A stretch of DNA of 35,224 nt, taken from the NCBI GenBank assembly GCA_964523185.1, contig CAZFXY010000002.1, forward strand, positions 1-35,224. Reading direction: 5' to 3'. Positions 9,549-18,904 of the stretch are shown here, one piece after another. The DNA comes from an uncultured Methanoculleus sp. Lineage in GTDB: Archaea > Halobacteriota > Methanomicrobia > Methanomicrobiales > Methanomicrobiaceae. The notes below the pieces were generated by a model. It had not been told where the DNA came from, ran no database searches, and saw only the letters and a program-made list of their open reading frames with translations. The translations under genes and the position numbers were made by a program. Each line of letters starts with the position of its first letter. Position 1 is the stretch's first letter.

Positions 9549-10934
9549 TTAAACCGATTCCTCCGGCGTGTCGATCTTACGAAGGAGCTTTTTGGTATAG
9601 AGGCGTGCCCAGGCAAATCCAATTCCGGCACCAAGCGAATTTCCGATAACAAGACCCCACCAGATGCCGGTTATGCCCCACCCAAAGGTGACCGCCAGCA
9701 GATAACAGGCGCTGACGGTCATAACAATAGTCCGGATAATGGTGATCACAAGAGAGTCCAGTCCCCGCCCGAACCCCTGGAGAAGGGAGGCAGAAAAAAT
9801 GCCAAAGCTCATCAGAGGGAAGAAAAAGCAGACGGTCTGCAAAAAGGTGACCAGACCGGGATAAAGATGGGCTGCATCCTCACTGTAGGTGAAGACCTGG
9901 GCAATATACGGGGCACCGAAATAGATACTGACCGTCATCACGAGACTGATCATAACACCCAGCCGGATGGCATAAAAGTGTGCCTCCTCAGCCTTGCGAA
10001 TGAGACGCGCCCCATAGGCCGCCCCACTTACCGATACGACTGCGGTGGTGATGGCAATGAGCGGCGTGACGCCAATCGTAACCACTCGCCAGCCAGTGGT
10101 ATAGATGGCAACACCATCGGTCGTTGCCACAAGAAGGATAAGCAAATTGAGCGCGAATGTCGTCATCGCCATGGATACGTGCTGAAACGAAGCGGGAATA
10201 CCCACCTTCAGAATCTCCCATGTAATGGGCCAGGAGAACGAGAAACCGGCAAAGGACATCTGGGTATGCGTATCCTGTTTCACAAAGATCCACCAGAATA
10301 TCGGAACACAGGCCGTGATGAATGCGACAATCGTCGCCCAGGCTGCACCTTCAACACCCATTCCCAGCCCGTATATGAATATCGGATCTAAGATGACATT
10401 CACTAAAGAACTGATAAGCATCACATACATCGTCCGTTTGACATCCCCCTCACCGCGGAGAAAAGCGCTGCCGATACCCAGAAAGATGATAAAAAACGTA
10501 CCCATAAAGGTGATGTTCGCATATCCCGTGGCCATCTCTGCAACCGGCGTATCCCCGAGAATCGTTCCGAAGGTGCCGGTAATAGAAAGTCCGATAATGG
10601 TAATGATGATGGAGAATATCACCACCAGAATCGCGGTGTGCGTCGCGACACTGTTTGTTCCTTCCCGATCGCGCATGCCAATATGGCGGGAGATGGCAGA
10701 ACCCACACCAACCCCCATACCGTTTGCAAACCCAAAGACGGCAAAAAAGAACGGGAAGAAAAATCCTACTGCCGCGAGGGCGTCGGAACCGAGGCCTGCC
10801 ACCCAGAATGCATCGGTCAGGTTATAGACTGTCTGGAGGAACATGCCGATCATCACCGGCCACGCAAGTCTGCGAATGGCCGGTTTCGGGTCTCCGAGAA
10901 GGGTTTTGACACCTGCTTTCATCGGACCTGTCAT
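9549..10934 (-). CDS. MATE family efflux transporter
   Basis: LAWP...QTVYNLTDAFWV, RGEGDVKR, NVILDPIFI..LGMGVEGAAWAT; about 12 TM segments. Confidence 0.95.
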   Translation of the reverse strand: MTGPMKAGVKTLLGDPKPAIRRLAWPVMIGMFLQTVYNLTDAFWVAGLGSDALAAVGFFFPFFFAVFGFANGMGVGVGSAISRHIGMRDREGTNSVATHTAILVVIFSIIITIIGLSITGTFGTILGDTPVAEMATGYANITFMGTFFIIFLGIGSAFLRGEGDVKRTMYVMLISSLVNVILDPIFIYGLGMGVEGAAWATIVAFITACVPIFWWIFVKQDTHTQMSFAGFSFSWPITWEILKVGIPASFQHVSMAMTTFALNLLILLVATTDGVAIYTTGWRVVTIGVTPLIAITTAVVSVSGAAYGARLIRKAEEAHFYAIRLGVMISLVMTVSIYFGAPYIAQVFTYSEDAAHLYPGLVTFLQTVCFFFPLMSFGIFSASLLQGFGRGLDSLVITIIRTIVMTVSACYLLAVTFGWGITGIWWGLVIGNSLGAGIGFAWARLYTKKLLRKIDTPEESV

Positions 10935-11129
10935 CTCATTTTCTCCTGCACGCAGAGGGACAGATCATAGCCATTATGGACATACCGGATATCACACCAG
11001 ATACAGAACCCGGGCCAAAGATCGTTCCGAACCCTCTGCATTCTCTTCATCTATAATTTATGTGCATTGCGGAAATGATAAACCTGCCCCGGAGAGGACG
11101 AGGTCTGCCAGAAAAATGATGGAAAATCG

Positions 11130-12479
11130 TTACGGGGGAGAGATATCCTGTAAGAGATACCCCCGCAGCGCTTCATGAAAAAGCCGGATCTTCTGTGGGT
11201 CATGAGCATCAGCGCAGAAAGGAATGAAGACCGTCATTTCACCGCGGTAGGTGGAGAGACAGACACCGATGCCCGGTGGATACATTTCCCCGGAGGTAAG
11301 GTACGCCTTTGTAACCTGCAATGGCACGCCATCTTCTCCGTGCTGAAATGCGGTCGCCGGTGGGGGAATGGTGCCAGCATTTCTGAGCAAGGGATTTCTC
11401 TTTCCGGTGAGGCGGTATTTCTTTTCAAGACCGTTCGTATAGGCCTTCACCGCACGCACACCACCCACATAGAGACGTTCATACGCAATCATTGACCCCA
11501 GACCAACATTCCCAGCCTTGTTGTTTCGCATTGCCTGAGATACCGCAGGCAGAGCGGTACTCATCTCCTGGCAGCAGGAAAAAGAAAGGGACAGGTCATA
11601 GGCAACCGAGAGGTTGCAGATACTGCGGAATGGCTGAAGGGGGAGGTACCAACGCAGATCCACCGCACCGGAGATGCCCAGACTGGGCGCTGTTGTATAC
11701 GCATCACCACCGACCTGCACAAGTGCACAGAAACCGGCCGCCATGATCTGGTCATCGAAGGTCACCCCGGCAGCCTTCCCGGCGGCGCGGAGGCGAGTGA
11801 CCTCATCTGCCTGGATAGTACATGAATCCCGGACAGGCAACCCGCACGGGCCATCACGAAAGGGAAATGACCCGTTGTCTGCAGATGCAGATTCACGTTC
11901 ACGTTCATATGCGGCATCACGTTCCTCTGCGGAGAACTGTGCACTGATGGCATCCGTGCCGCGGGGATCCCAGGACGGTCCCTGGAAAACAGGAGGTTTT
12001 CCTGCACATACTCTCCGGTATGCATCTGCACACAGCGCTGCTGCCTGAAAAAGACCATGTGCATCCATCGCCGCGTGATGTCCGGAGATGATGAGAATAT
12101 CCCCACACCCCTCCCCCGTTTCGGTATTCCTGCAGATACGCACATCCATCTGGGGCCCGACAAACGGATCTATTGAGACCAGCGGGAGATGATGTGTGTC
12201 GTTTTCACCTGAGATGTCATGCACGGAGAAAGCGGGTTTTTCACCCATGCTGCACTGCCAGTAACCCCGGTTATCTGCCTCACCGTAGTGTGAGGCAAGA
12301 ATGGGCGCCATCGTGCCGGCTGCCTCCACCGCGGTCTCCATGGCAGACAAATCAAAGGCGCCATCTGCATGCATCACCAGGTGGTGCGTTGGATCACCGA
12401 TCGCAGAATTGTGGATAGTGGCAACGTCAAGCGCTGACGCCGGGTACATTTGGGCATGGCAAACCCGGGAGCTTTTCAT
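11130..12479 (-). CDS. Stand-alone condensation-domain / CoA-dependent acyltransferase-fold protein
   Basis: HHxxxD motif (SGHHAAMDAHG), VDLR.YL and SICNLS motifs; ~450 aa. Start ATG 12479 after GGTGA; GTG 12485 is the alternative. Confidence 0.75.
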   Translation of the reverse strand: MKSSRVCHAQMYPASALDVATIHNSAIGDPTHHLVMHADGAFDLSAMETAVEAAGTMAPILASHYGEADNRGYWQCSMGEKPAFSVHDISGENDTHHLPLVSIDPFVGPQMDVRICRNTETGEGCGDILIISGHHAAMDAHGLFQAAALCADAYRRVCAGKPPVFQGPSWDPRGTDAISAQFSAEERDAAYERERESASADNGSFPFRDGPCGLPVRDSCTIQADEVTRLRAAGKAAGVTFDDQIMAAGFCALVQVGGDAYTTAPSLGISGAVDLRWYLPLQPFRSICNLSVAYDLSLSFSCCQEMSTALPAVSQAMRNNKAGNVGLGSMIAYERLYVGGVRAVKAYTNGLEKKYRLTGKRNPLLRNAGTIPPPATAFQHGEDGVPLQVTKAYLTSGEMYPPGIGVCLSTYRGEMTVFIPFCADAHDPQKIRLFHEALRGYLLQDISPP

Positions 12480-12554
12480 ATTCACTCACCGAATCCGGGT
12501 TACAGGGTGATATGCCTTTGTGTCACCCGTGGTCAAAAAAAGGCTGAACCGTCT

Positions 12555-13103
12555 TTAGGCAAGGAAAATGCAGACAAGACAGATCACCGGAGGTATCACC
12601 AGGTTGTCTTCAATAGGTGAGACCAGTTCTGTGAGACCCCCCACAATGGCCGCTGCTGCCGCGGTGAGGGGAGACAGAAGAAAAACCAGAGGAATGAATG
12701 CCGCAATGATACCACCTGCGGTGCCTTCCAGCGATTTCTCGTTGAAGATACGGTGCCGCCCGAAACGCATCCCGATAATTGTGCTGAAAGAGTCCAGAAC
12801 CGCAAGGGTGACCACTCCTGCCACCACATAGTTTACCGGAAAGAAAATCAGGCAGAACAGCGCTGATAGCCCAAAACAGACCGCCCCGTATCCGGGCATT
12901 CTCCCGGTACGTTCGAGATTCTCCACCATCGCTGACGCGATCGGCACACGATATCCCCGACCCACCAGATCAATGAGCACAAATCCGCCAAAAAGTCCAG
13001 AGGTAAGCACAATGATGGCATACTCTCTTCCCAAAAAGGCAATTGCGCCGGCGATAAAAACGCCGAAAACCAGATGCACCAGTTGACGCCCGTCCTCATT
13101 CAT
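12555..13103 (-). CDS. Polyprenol/diacylglycerol kinase family (SEC59/DGK1/VTE5-like) membrane protein
   Basis: RQLVH, D...T.IG..FGRH....KSLEGT.GG and EDNL.IP motifs. Confidence 0.85.
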   Translation of the reverse strand: MNEDGRQLVHLVFGVFIAGAIAFLGREYAIIVLTSGLFGGFVLIDLVGRGYRVPIASAMVENLERTGRMPGYGAVCFGLSALFCLIFFPVNYVVAGVVTLAVLDSFSTIIGMRFGRHRIFNEKSLEGTAGGIIAAFIPLVFLLSPLTAAAAAIVGGLTELVSPIEDNLVIPPVICLVCIFLA

Positions 13104-13325
13104 AACCGGTATGGGCGATATCAGCGGATAAACACGCCGGAGTCTCGCCGGAGTCCCCCGCAGAAAGCGACATCACAGGAATAGCAGAAAAAAACGAAAG
13201 AAGGGTTCTCGCAGGTGCCGCCGGTATGCCGAATCACGATTATTCTCTGGTTATTTGTCATTACCGGGTATTCACGTGCAGACGTGACATCCATCCGGAA
13301 TGCAGAAAAACTCGGAACCCGTCTT

Positions 13326-14444
13326 TCAGCACCCTTTTTTCCCCGCATTCACCACAGACTCAAGAAGCCAGAGAACACCCTCTGTCCCGACAAGCGGGCG
13401 GTGACAGAGCATGGAATGTTTACGGATGGGGATCGTCATCTGCACAAAGGGCACACCGGGTGCAAGGGTCGCTTCATACTGCGATCCGATGATCAGATCA
13501 AGCTCGCCTGCTGCAAGTATCTGCTTCACGGATCCCAGATCCGGGGCCCAGGTGCAGATCGATCTCTCCAGCGGTTGATTACGGGCCCCTGCACCACAGA
13601 TCTCTGCGTCGAGATGGGTGGTGAGCAGATCTGCTGCCATGTCGAGATATCCCGCAATACCGAAGAGAGCCACCCGTGGCGGGTCGTTCACACGCAGATA
13701 GCGGTCACATACCTTCACCACCAGTTCTTCCGTCTCCTCACAGATATCCATAACCAAAGCACAGTCGGCATCCGGCATTGCATCCTGCAAAAGAGAAAAG
13801 GTCGTCTCAATGGCATTGAGCCCGAGAAGTGACCCTGCCGGTTGCCCGATACCGGAGGCTACATCCGGGAGGGCGGTTACCGTGATCGCTGCCGGTCTGA
13901 GGGCTGAGGTCAGGGTATCACTACAGTACCGGGCCGCAACCGGGATACCCGCACAGGCCAGCAGGCGTTCTGCCTCCATCCGGTTGCCCGCGGCAAAGGG
14001 ATCCGGCGAGATCAGCCCGTCAATGTTCACCCCGTTCCGTGTCGGGTCAACCTCCGGGGAAAGAGCCGCCAGTCCCATCTGGTAGCCATCCATCATGTCA
14101 CCGCAGTAACCGGGGGCATCGATGATCAGGGGATCACAACCGGCACAGTATGTCATGAGATCTTCGCCGATGGTCGCAGGCACGCAGGAATTGATGACCA
14201 CAATCCTCTCGCTAAAGGGCAGAAGGGCTTCGGCCACCTCCAGCAGACGGTCACCGGTGCCGAAGATGATCTCGTCTTCTATCAGAAAGGTGCAGTTTAA
14301 CGGATCCGGAATGACCGAGTCTGCATAAAAGTAGCACGCGGACGCACCATGAATGATGACACCGGTTCCTTTTAGTCCGGCCATCGCGGCAGCGGCGCCG
14401 ATCATTGCACAGGGCCAGATCGGATTAAGGCATGGCTTAGCCAT
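13326..14444 (-). CDS. Nitrogenase component-1-like oxidoreductase subunit (second D/K-like subunit)
   Basis: WPC12...IIHGASAC37...EDEIIFG...NSC87VPATIGED pattern; overlaps the upstream subunit by 8 nt. Confidence 0.85.
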   Translation of the reverse strand: MAKPCLNPIWPCAMIGAAAAMAGLKGTGVIIHGASACYFYADSVIPDPLNCTFLIEDEIIFGTGDRLLEVAEALLPFSERIVVINSCVPATIGEDLMTYCAGCDPLIIDAPGYCGDMMDGYQMGLAALSPEVDPTRNGVNIDGLISPDPFAAGNRMEAERLLACAGIPVAARYCSDTLTSALRPAAITVTALPDVASGIGQPAGSLLGLNAIETTFSLLQDAMPDADCALVMDICEETEELVVKVCDRYLRVNDPPRVALFGIAGYLDMAADLLTTHLDAEICGAGARNQPLERSICTWAPDLGSVKQILAAGELDLIIGSQYEATLAPGVPFVQMTIPIRKHSMLCHRPLVGTEGVLWLLESVVNAGKKGC

Positions 14445-15480
14445 CGATAAACCTCCGCCACTGCCGGAGCATCCGTTGCAGGCCGAGAGTGCCTACCGGC
14501 ATACAGAAAGGAATCGGAATGACCGTTCCTTCCGCAGCAACCCTGATGCCAACGGTCTCTGCCACCTCAGTAAACATCTCCATCCCGGCTGACTGGAACC
14601 CGAATGAATCAAAGGTCATATACTCGCCTGCAAGGTCTGAAAATTCATCCGCGAGCGCGGCCTGCCGCTCTTCTTCGGCACAGACGGCCTGCGTGCTGTC
14701 GCGGTTGGTGAGGCGACCCACCTCCCGGATAAACGCAAGAGTTGCGGAAAGCCCGACCGGAAACTCCGGAAGAGAAGGAGTACCGGTGCAGGCATGAAAA
14801 TAACGCCCCAGTCTGCCGTCCTGGTCCTCACGGAAAATGATCAGCCCCGCATCCCCGAACCTTTCGATATCCGCCACCGTAATATCCCGCACATAGCGGA
14901 TATTCACCTCAAGATCAAGCAGGTCGAGAATGCGGGAGACCTCCCGGAAATTATCCTCAGCCTCAAATTCAAGATTCTTTTCACCGACAATATTGACGCT
15001 GCCGGGATCCTGTTTTCCGGGTGTGATAAAAGACGTCAGGGACGTAAGCGCGCTGGTATACCCATCCGTGAAGGTGCCGCCAAGAAAGCCGGAGCTGGGC
15101 ACATGGATAACCGGGCAGTCCCATGGCTGACTGCAGATCCCTGCCACATCATCTCCGATGGTTTCAGAGACACACGTGCTTGCAACAATCACTGCGGCCG
15201 GGTCATCATTGCACACAGCCGTCAGCGCATCGTGAAGTGCATCTTCACCACCGAAGATGATCTCATTTTCACCGAGACCGGTGGAGACGATGCTCGGGAT
15301 GCGAAAGATATCGCGCTCCGCAAGGGTGGAGTATAGCAAAGAGGTATTGATATGGGTGCACCCATCCGGGCCATGTACAAGGGTCACTGCATCCGTCAGA
15401 AAGGCACTGACCGAAAGGACGCCCATGACCGTACATCCCTCAAATCTTGAGGTGCGACCGTGCAAGTTCTTCGAGTTCAT
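14437..15480 (-). CDS. Nitrogenase component-1-like oxidoreductase subunit (first D/K-like subunit)
   Basis: EGC16...VHGPDGC41...[15 protein letters not shown]...STC103[14 protein letters not shown] motifs. Confidence 0.88.
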   Translation of the reverse strand: MNSKNLHGRTSRFEGCTVMGVLSVSAFLTDAVTLVHGPDGCTHINTSLLYSTLAERDIFRIPSIVSTGLGENEIIFGGEDALHDALTAVCNDDPAAVIVASTCVSETIGDDVAGICSQPWDCPVIHVPSSGFLGGTFTDGYTSALTSLTSFITPGKQDPGSVNIVGEKNLEFEAEDNFREVSRILDLLDLEVNIRYVRDITVADIERFGDAGLIIFREDQDGRLGRYFHACTGTPSLPEFPVGLSATLAFIREVGRLTNRDSTQAVCAEEERQAALADEFSDLAGEYMTFDSFGFQSAGMEMFTEVAETVGIRVAAEGTVIPIPFCMPVGTLGLQRMLRQWRRFIDG

Positions 15481-16258
15481 TCATGTCGAGGGGGGTAGGG
15501 ATGGTAAAGGTGGTATTTTCCTGAATCGTCCGGGCCAGTTGGCGATAGACCTCTGCCTGCTCTGACTCCGGTGCATACTCAATCACGGTGCGCCGGTTCA
15601 CTTCAGCAATCTGAACAATAGCGGCACGGGGAATATAGGCAACCATTCGTGAATTGACCCGCTCGGCAAATTCACGCACCAGTGCCTCCTCGCCGGGAAT
15701 ATTCTTGGCGTTGCAGATGACACCCGCGAGAGAACAGACACTGCGTGTACGTCGGGAAAGACGTGATATTGCCTTGCAGATGTTATTCGCCGCATACAGT
15801 GACATGAACTCCCCGGAGGTTACCAGGTATATCTCCTGTGCATACCCGTCGCGCATTGGCATCGCAAACCCGCCACAGACCACGTCACCGAGGACATCAT
15901 ACACGACAACATCTCCATAAAGGGCCTCCAGTCGCTGCAGCAGCTGAAATGTGGCGATGATCCCGCGGCCCGCACACCCGATACCGGGTTCCGGTCCACC
16001 TGCCTCAACGCACCGGATACCTCCATACCCGGTGAATACGACATCAGAGACCACAACATTAGCATCACCATGTTCACGGACAAGGTCAAGGACGGTAGGA
16101 ATCCATTCCCCCTGCATCAGCATCCGGGTGCTGTCATGTTTTGGATCGCACCCGATCTGCATGACGTCCAGCCCGCAGTCCGAGAGGGCTGCCGAGAGAT
16201 TTGCCGATGTGGTGGATTTACCGATACCACCCTTTCCGTAGAGGGCGATCTGTTTCAT
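15440..16258 (-). CDS. NifH-like Fe protein (group IV / Nfl-type reductase)
   Basis: [48 protein letters not shown]; both [4Fe-4S] cysteines are present. Confidence 0.95.
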   Translation of the reverse strand: MKQIALYGKGGIGKSTTSANLSAALSDCGLDVMQIGCDPKHDSTRMLMQGEWIPTVLDLVREHGDANVVVSDVVFTGYGGIRCVEAGGPEPGIGCAGRGIIATFQLLQRLEALYGDVVVYDVLGDVVCGGFAMPMRDGYAQEIYLVTSGEFMSLYAANNICKAISRLSRRTRSVCSLAGVICNAKNIPGEEALVREFAERVNSRMVAYIPRAAIVQIAEVNRRTVIEYAPESEQAEVYRQLARTIQENTTFTIPTPLDMNELEELARSHLKI

Positions 16259-16309
16259 TAGCTTAAGTTTTGTTGTGCTTGCTCTTTACTTCTCCTGATG
16301 AAGGACACA

Positions 16310-16819
16310 TCACTCACTGCGCCGGAGTAGCATCAGACTGACGGAAAGAAGGAGAATTGAGACGGGCAAAATAAGGCTTTCAAGGGTCTGGTTGGCATAC
16401 CCTGTTTTTGTCGCCGTCTCCAGAAAATGGACAAAAAGGATGAAAACAATGACTTCCCCGAGAATCATCTTTAGCTCAAAAATATTTTTTATCCGCAGCC
16501 ATCCGGGAAAACTGAGCCGCTCTTTCTCTTCCTCTTCTACAAGAAAGAGGTACATAATGCCATAACCAAAGATCAACATCACCAGAGCAAAGAGAAAAAC
16601 ATCGATAGACTCCGCCAGTGACACCGTTGCGAGATCGCTGGGTGTCAGATATTCAGGAAGGGGCTCCCCTCCGGACAAACCCCGCCCATAAAAATAATAA
16701 ACAAATGCCGATATCGTCTTTTCGATACCGATAAAAAACATCAGCGCAGAACCAAAAAAAGAGGAAATTGCTGCGATTATTACCAGATATCGTGTTTTCG
16801 TGAAATATTTCCAGGCCAT
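16310..16819 (-). CDS. YqhA/UPF0114 family membrane protein
   Basis: Four TM helices; ESIDVFL..LV.LIFGYG.Y.LF and WL.I....ELK..L..VI motifs. Confidence 0.8.
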   Translation of the reverse strand: MAWKYFTKTRYLVIIAAISSFFGSALMFFIGIEKTISAFVYYFYGRGLSGGEPLPEYLTPSDLATVSLAESIDVFLFALVMLIFGYGIMYLFLVEEEEKERLSFPGWLRIKNIFELKMILGEVIVFILFVHFLETATKTGYANQTLESLILPVSILLLSVSLMLLRRSE

Positions 16820-16893
16820 CTTTTACCCGCCTTTACTGCAGCATAAATAATCTTCCTTTCCTATAATGATATCTCGCGCCCCTGCCCCGGAGA

Positions 16894-18369
16894 TCACCAC
16901 TCAAATCCGCGAATCAGGCCAATGAAGAAGACCATTACTGCCATCACTTCAAGCCTTCCCAGCCACATCTGAAGGATGAGCACGACTTTTGACCAGACCG
17001 TCAGATCAGGATTAATAAATCCGGTGGTTATGCCATTGTTGCAGGTGGCGGAGACCACGTCGAAGATCACAAGGGTCGTATCGATATCGGGCTGCTCAAA
17101 GTGCATAATGGTGACAAGAGCGATGAGAATCGACAGCAGAAAAAGAATGAAGGTGAGCATATTGCGTGAAACAAGAAACTCCGCGTCTGCCCGCTGAAAG
17201 GTTTTGCCATTGTAACGCAGAGGAATCATGGCTTTTGCGCTGACAAACGACCGCCGGAACCAATACTTGATGCCTTTGAACCCGATGATGACACGGGATA
17301 GCTTTACTCCGCCCGATGTACTGCCGGAAGACCCGCCGATGAAGACCAGAACCGTAAGAAAGAGCACAGATACCGGCTCCCAGCCCACCAGATTCGCGGT
17401 CTGGAATCCGGTCGATGTAACCGCCGCAGATGCCATAAAAAGACCGTGAATATCCGCGGACCAACGATCCAGTCCGTTAAACACGATCAAATCCATCGTA
17501 ATGACAATAAATCCCAGAAATATCAGTAAAAACAGCAGGATTGCCTGTTCATCACGAAGCAGACGGAATTCCCGTTTGCGGTACATCAGATAATAGATTT
17601 TGAAGGGCAGCGCCCCTGCAATCATCACCGGAATGATGAGCAGTTCAAGGAGCCGGTTGTCATAGAACGATATACCTCCGGAATGAATCGTAAACCCGCC
17701 GGTTGATATTGCGGTCATCCCAATATTCAGAGCATCCCAGAGCGGGACCCCGGAGCAGAGAATGAGGAGCACCCCTGCAAACGTAAGAATGAGATATATC
17801 AGCCACATCTGTGCCCCCTGTTCCACCACACTCGGCATGAAAGCATCCCTGGGCCCTTCCATTCGCTCCGTGTTGTAGAGGTGGAGACGGGATATTGAGG
17901 ATCGATTCAGGAGGGCAACAGTGAACGCCACGATCCCGATGCCGCCGAACCATTCCATCAGGGTTCGCCAGAAGATAAGGGTCTGGGGCAGGGCGTCCAC
18001 ATCCCGGGCCATCGTCATCCCGGTATCCGTCCACCCTGACATTGCCTCAAAAAGGCCATCAATGTAGGGCATTCCTGCACCAAAGACAAAAGGCAACGCC
18101 CCTACAAGAGCACAGATCAGCCAGATGGCGGCCACAGAAAAGAGCGACATGGAAAGACGAGGCTCCCGTTCCGTTGCCGGAAGCCAGATAAGGACCGACC
18201 CGAGAGAGAAAAGAACTACCGGTACGGAGGCCATCGGGAGAAGCATATCAAATTCCCGAAATATCAGGGCAACCAGAAGCGGAATGCAGGTACCAAAGCT
18301 GATGTACCGGAGAATCGTCCCGATCTCCGTTGTCAGCGTCAGGTACTGATGAAGGCGGTCCATACGCAT
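16894..18369 (-). CDS. trkH: TrkH family potassium uptake protein
   Basis: FEAMSGWTDTG, WFGGIGI, AISTGGF, TSTGF, GGSSGSTSGGVK, MWLGRLE. Confidence 0.95.
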   Translation of the reverse strand: MRMDRLHQYLTLTTEIGTILRYISFGTCIPLLVALIFREFDMLLPMASVPVVLFSLGSVLIWLPATEREPRLSMSLFSVAAIWLICALVGALPFVFGAGMPYIDGLFEAMSGWTDTGMTMARDVDALPQTLIFWRTLMEWFGGIGIVAFTVALLNRSSISRLHLYNTERMEGPRDAFMPSVVEQGAQMWLIYLILTFAGVLLILCSGVPLWDALNIGMTAISTGGFTIHSGGISFYDNRLLELLIIPVMIAGALPFKIYYLMYRKREFRLLRDEQAILLFLLIFLGFIVITMDLIVFNGLDRWSADIHGLFMASAAVTSTGFQTANLVGWEPVSVLFLTVLVFIGGSSGSTSGGVKLSRVIIGFKGIKYWFRRSFVSAKAMIPLRYNGKTFQRADAEFLVSRNMLTFILFLLSILIALVTIMHFEQPDIDTTLVIFDVVSATCNNGITTGFINPDLTVWSKVVLILQMWLGRLEVMAVMVFFIGLIRGFEW

Positions 18370-18486
18370 GTACTCATTGCCGGGTGGCAGGTATTATCCT
18401 TTTGTTACGAGTTAAAAAGCTAAATTAGACTGCAATTCAAAAATAAGAGACAAAATATCGAATAAAATAGGGAAATGGGGGTCATC

Positions 18487-18888
18487 TCAGCGGTTGACCC
18501 AGAGATTGTGGATGTTGCAGAACTCATACGCCTTTACATCCGTGTTTGGGCAGGGAAAGAAGGCTTCCGGTGCATCGCCGGGTTTCAGGTAATGAAGCAT
18601 GAAATTATCACCGGCCTGCACACCAATCCACGCGATGTGGTGCTCCTCTGTCATCGGATGGGGTGTTGAACCAACTATGACTTTGATGCCTCCCTCTACT
18701 TTTTCAACCACCGGCACATGCTTCTCTTTGGTAAGATCTGCCTTCTGCTCTGAGAGCATCTCCATTTCATTTCCCGAACAGCTGACCGAAATCGCCTCTA
18801 TCGAAGGTGCCTTGCATCTTCCCGGATCCATCACCATCACGGTGCCACTGCATCCGGGGCACTTAAAGAAAACAGGATTTTTTTCCAT
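18487..18888 (-). CDS. Desulfoferrodoxin / superoxide reductase with atypical N-terminal desulforedoxin domain
   Basis: EKHVP, HPMTEEHHI.WI and CNIH.LW centre-II ligands; N-terminal CPGC. Confidence 0.92.
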   Translation of the reverse strand: MEKNPVFFKCPGCSGTVMVMDPGRCKAPSIEAISVSCSGNEMEMLSEQKADLTKEKHVPVVEKVEGGIKVIVGSTPHPMTEEHHIAWIGVQAGDNFMLHYLKPGDAPEAFFPCPNTDVKAYEFCNIHNLWVNR

Positions 18889-18904
18889 CTACATTCACCT
18901 TTTT

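Noticed and set aside
13326..16258. Calling the operon true nitrogenase nifHDK or F430 cfbCD
   Set aside because: Subunits are too short, with no visible FeMo-co Cys and no nifENB/nifI; two distinct subunits without the CfbD HPRP start.
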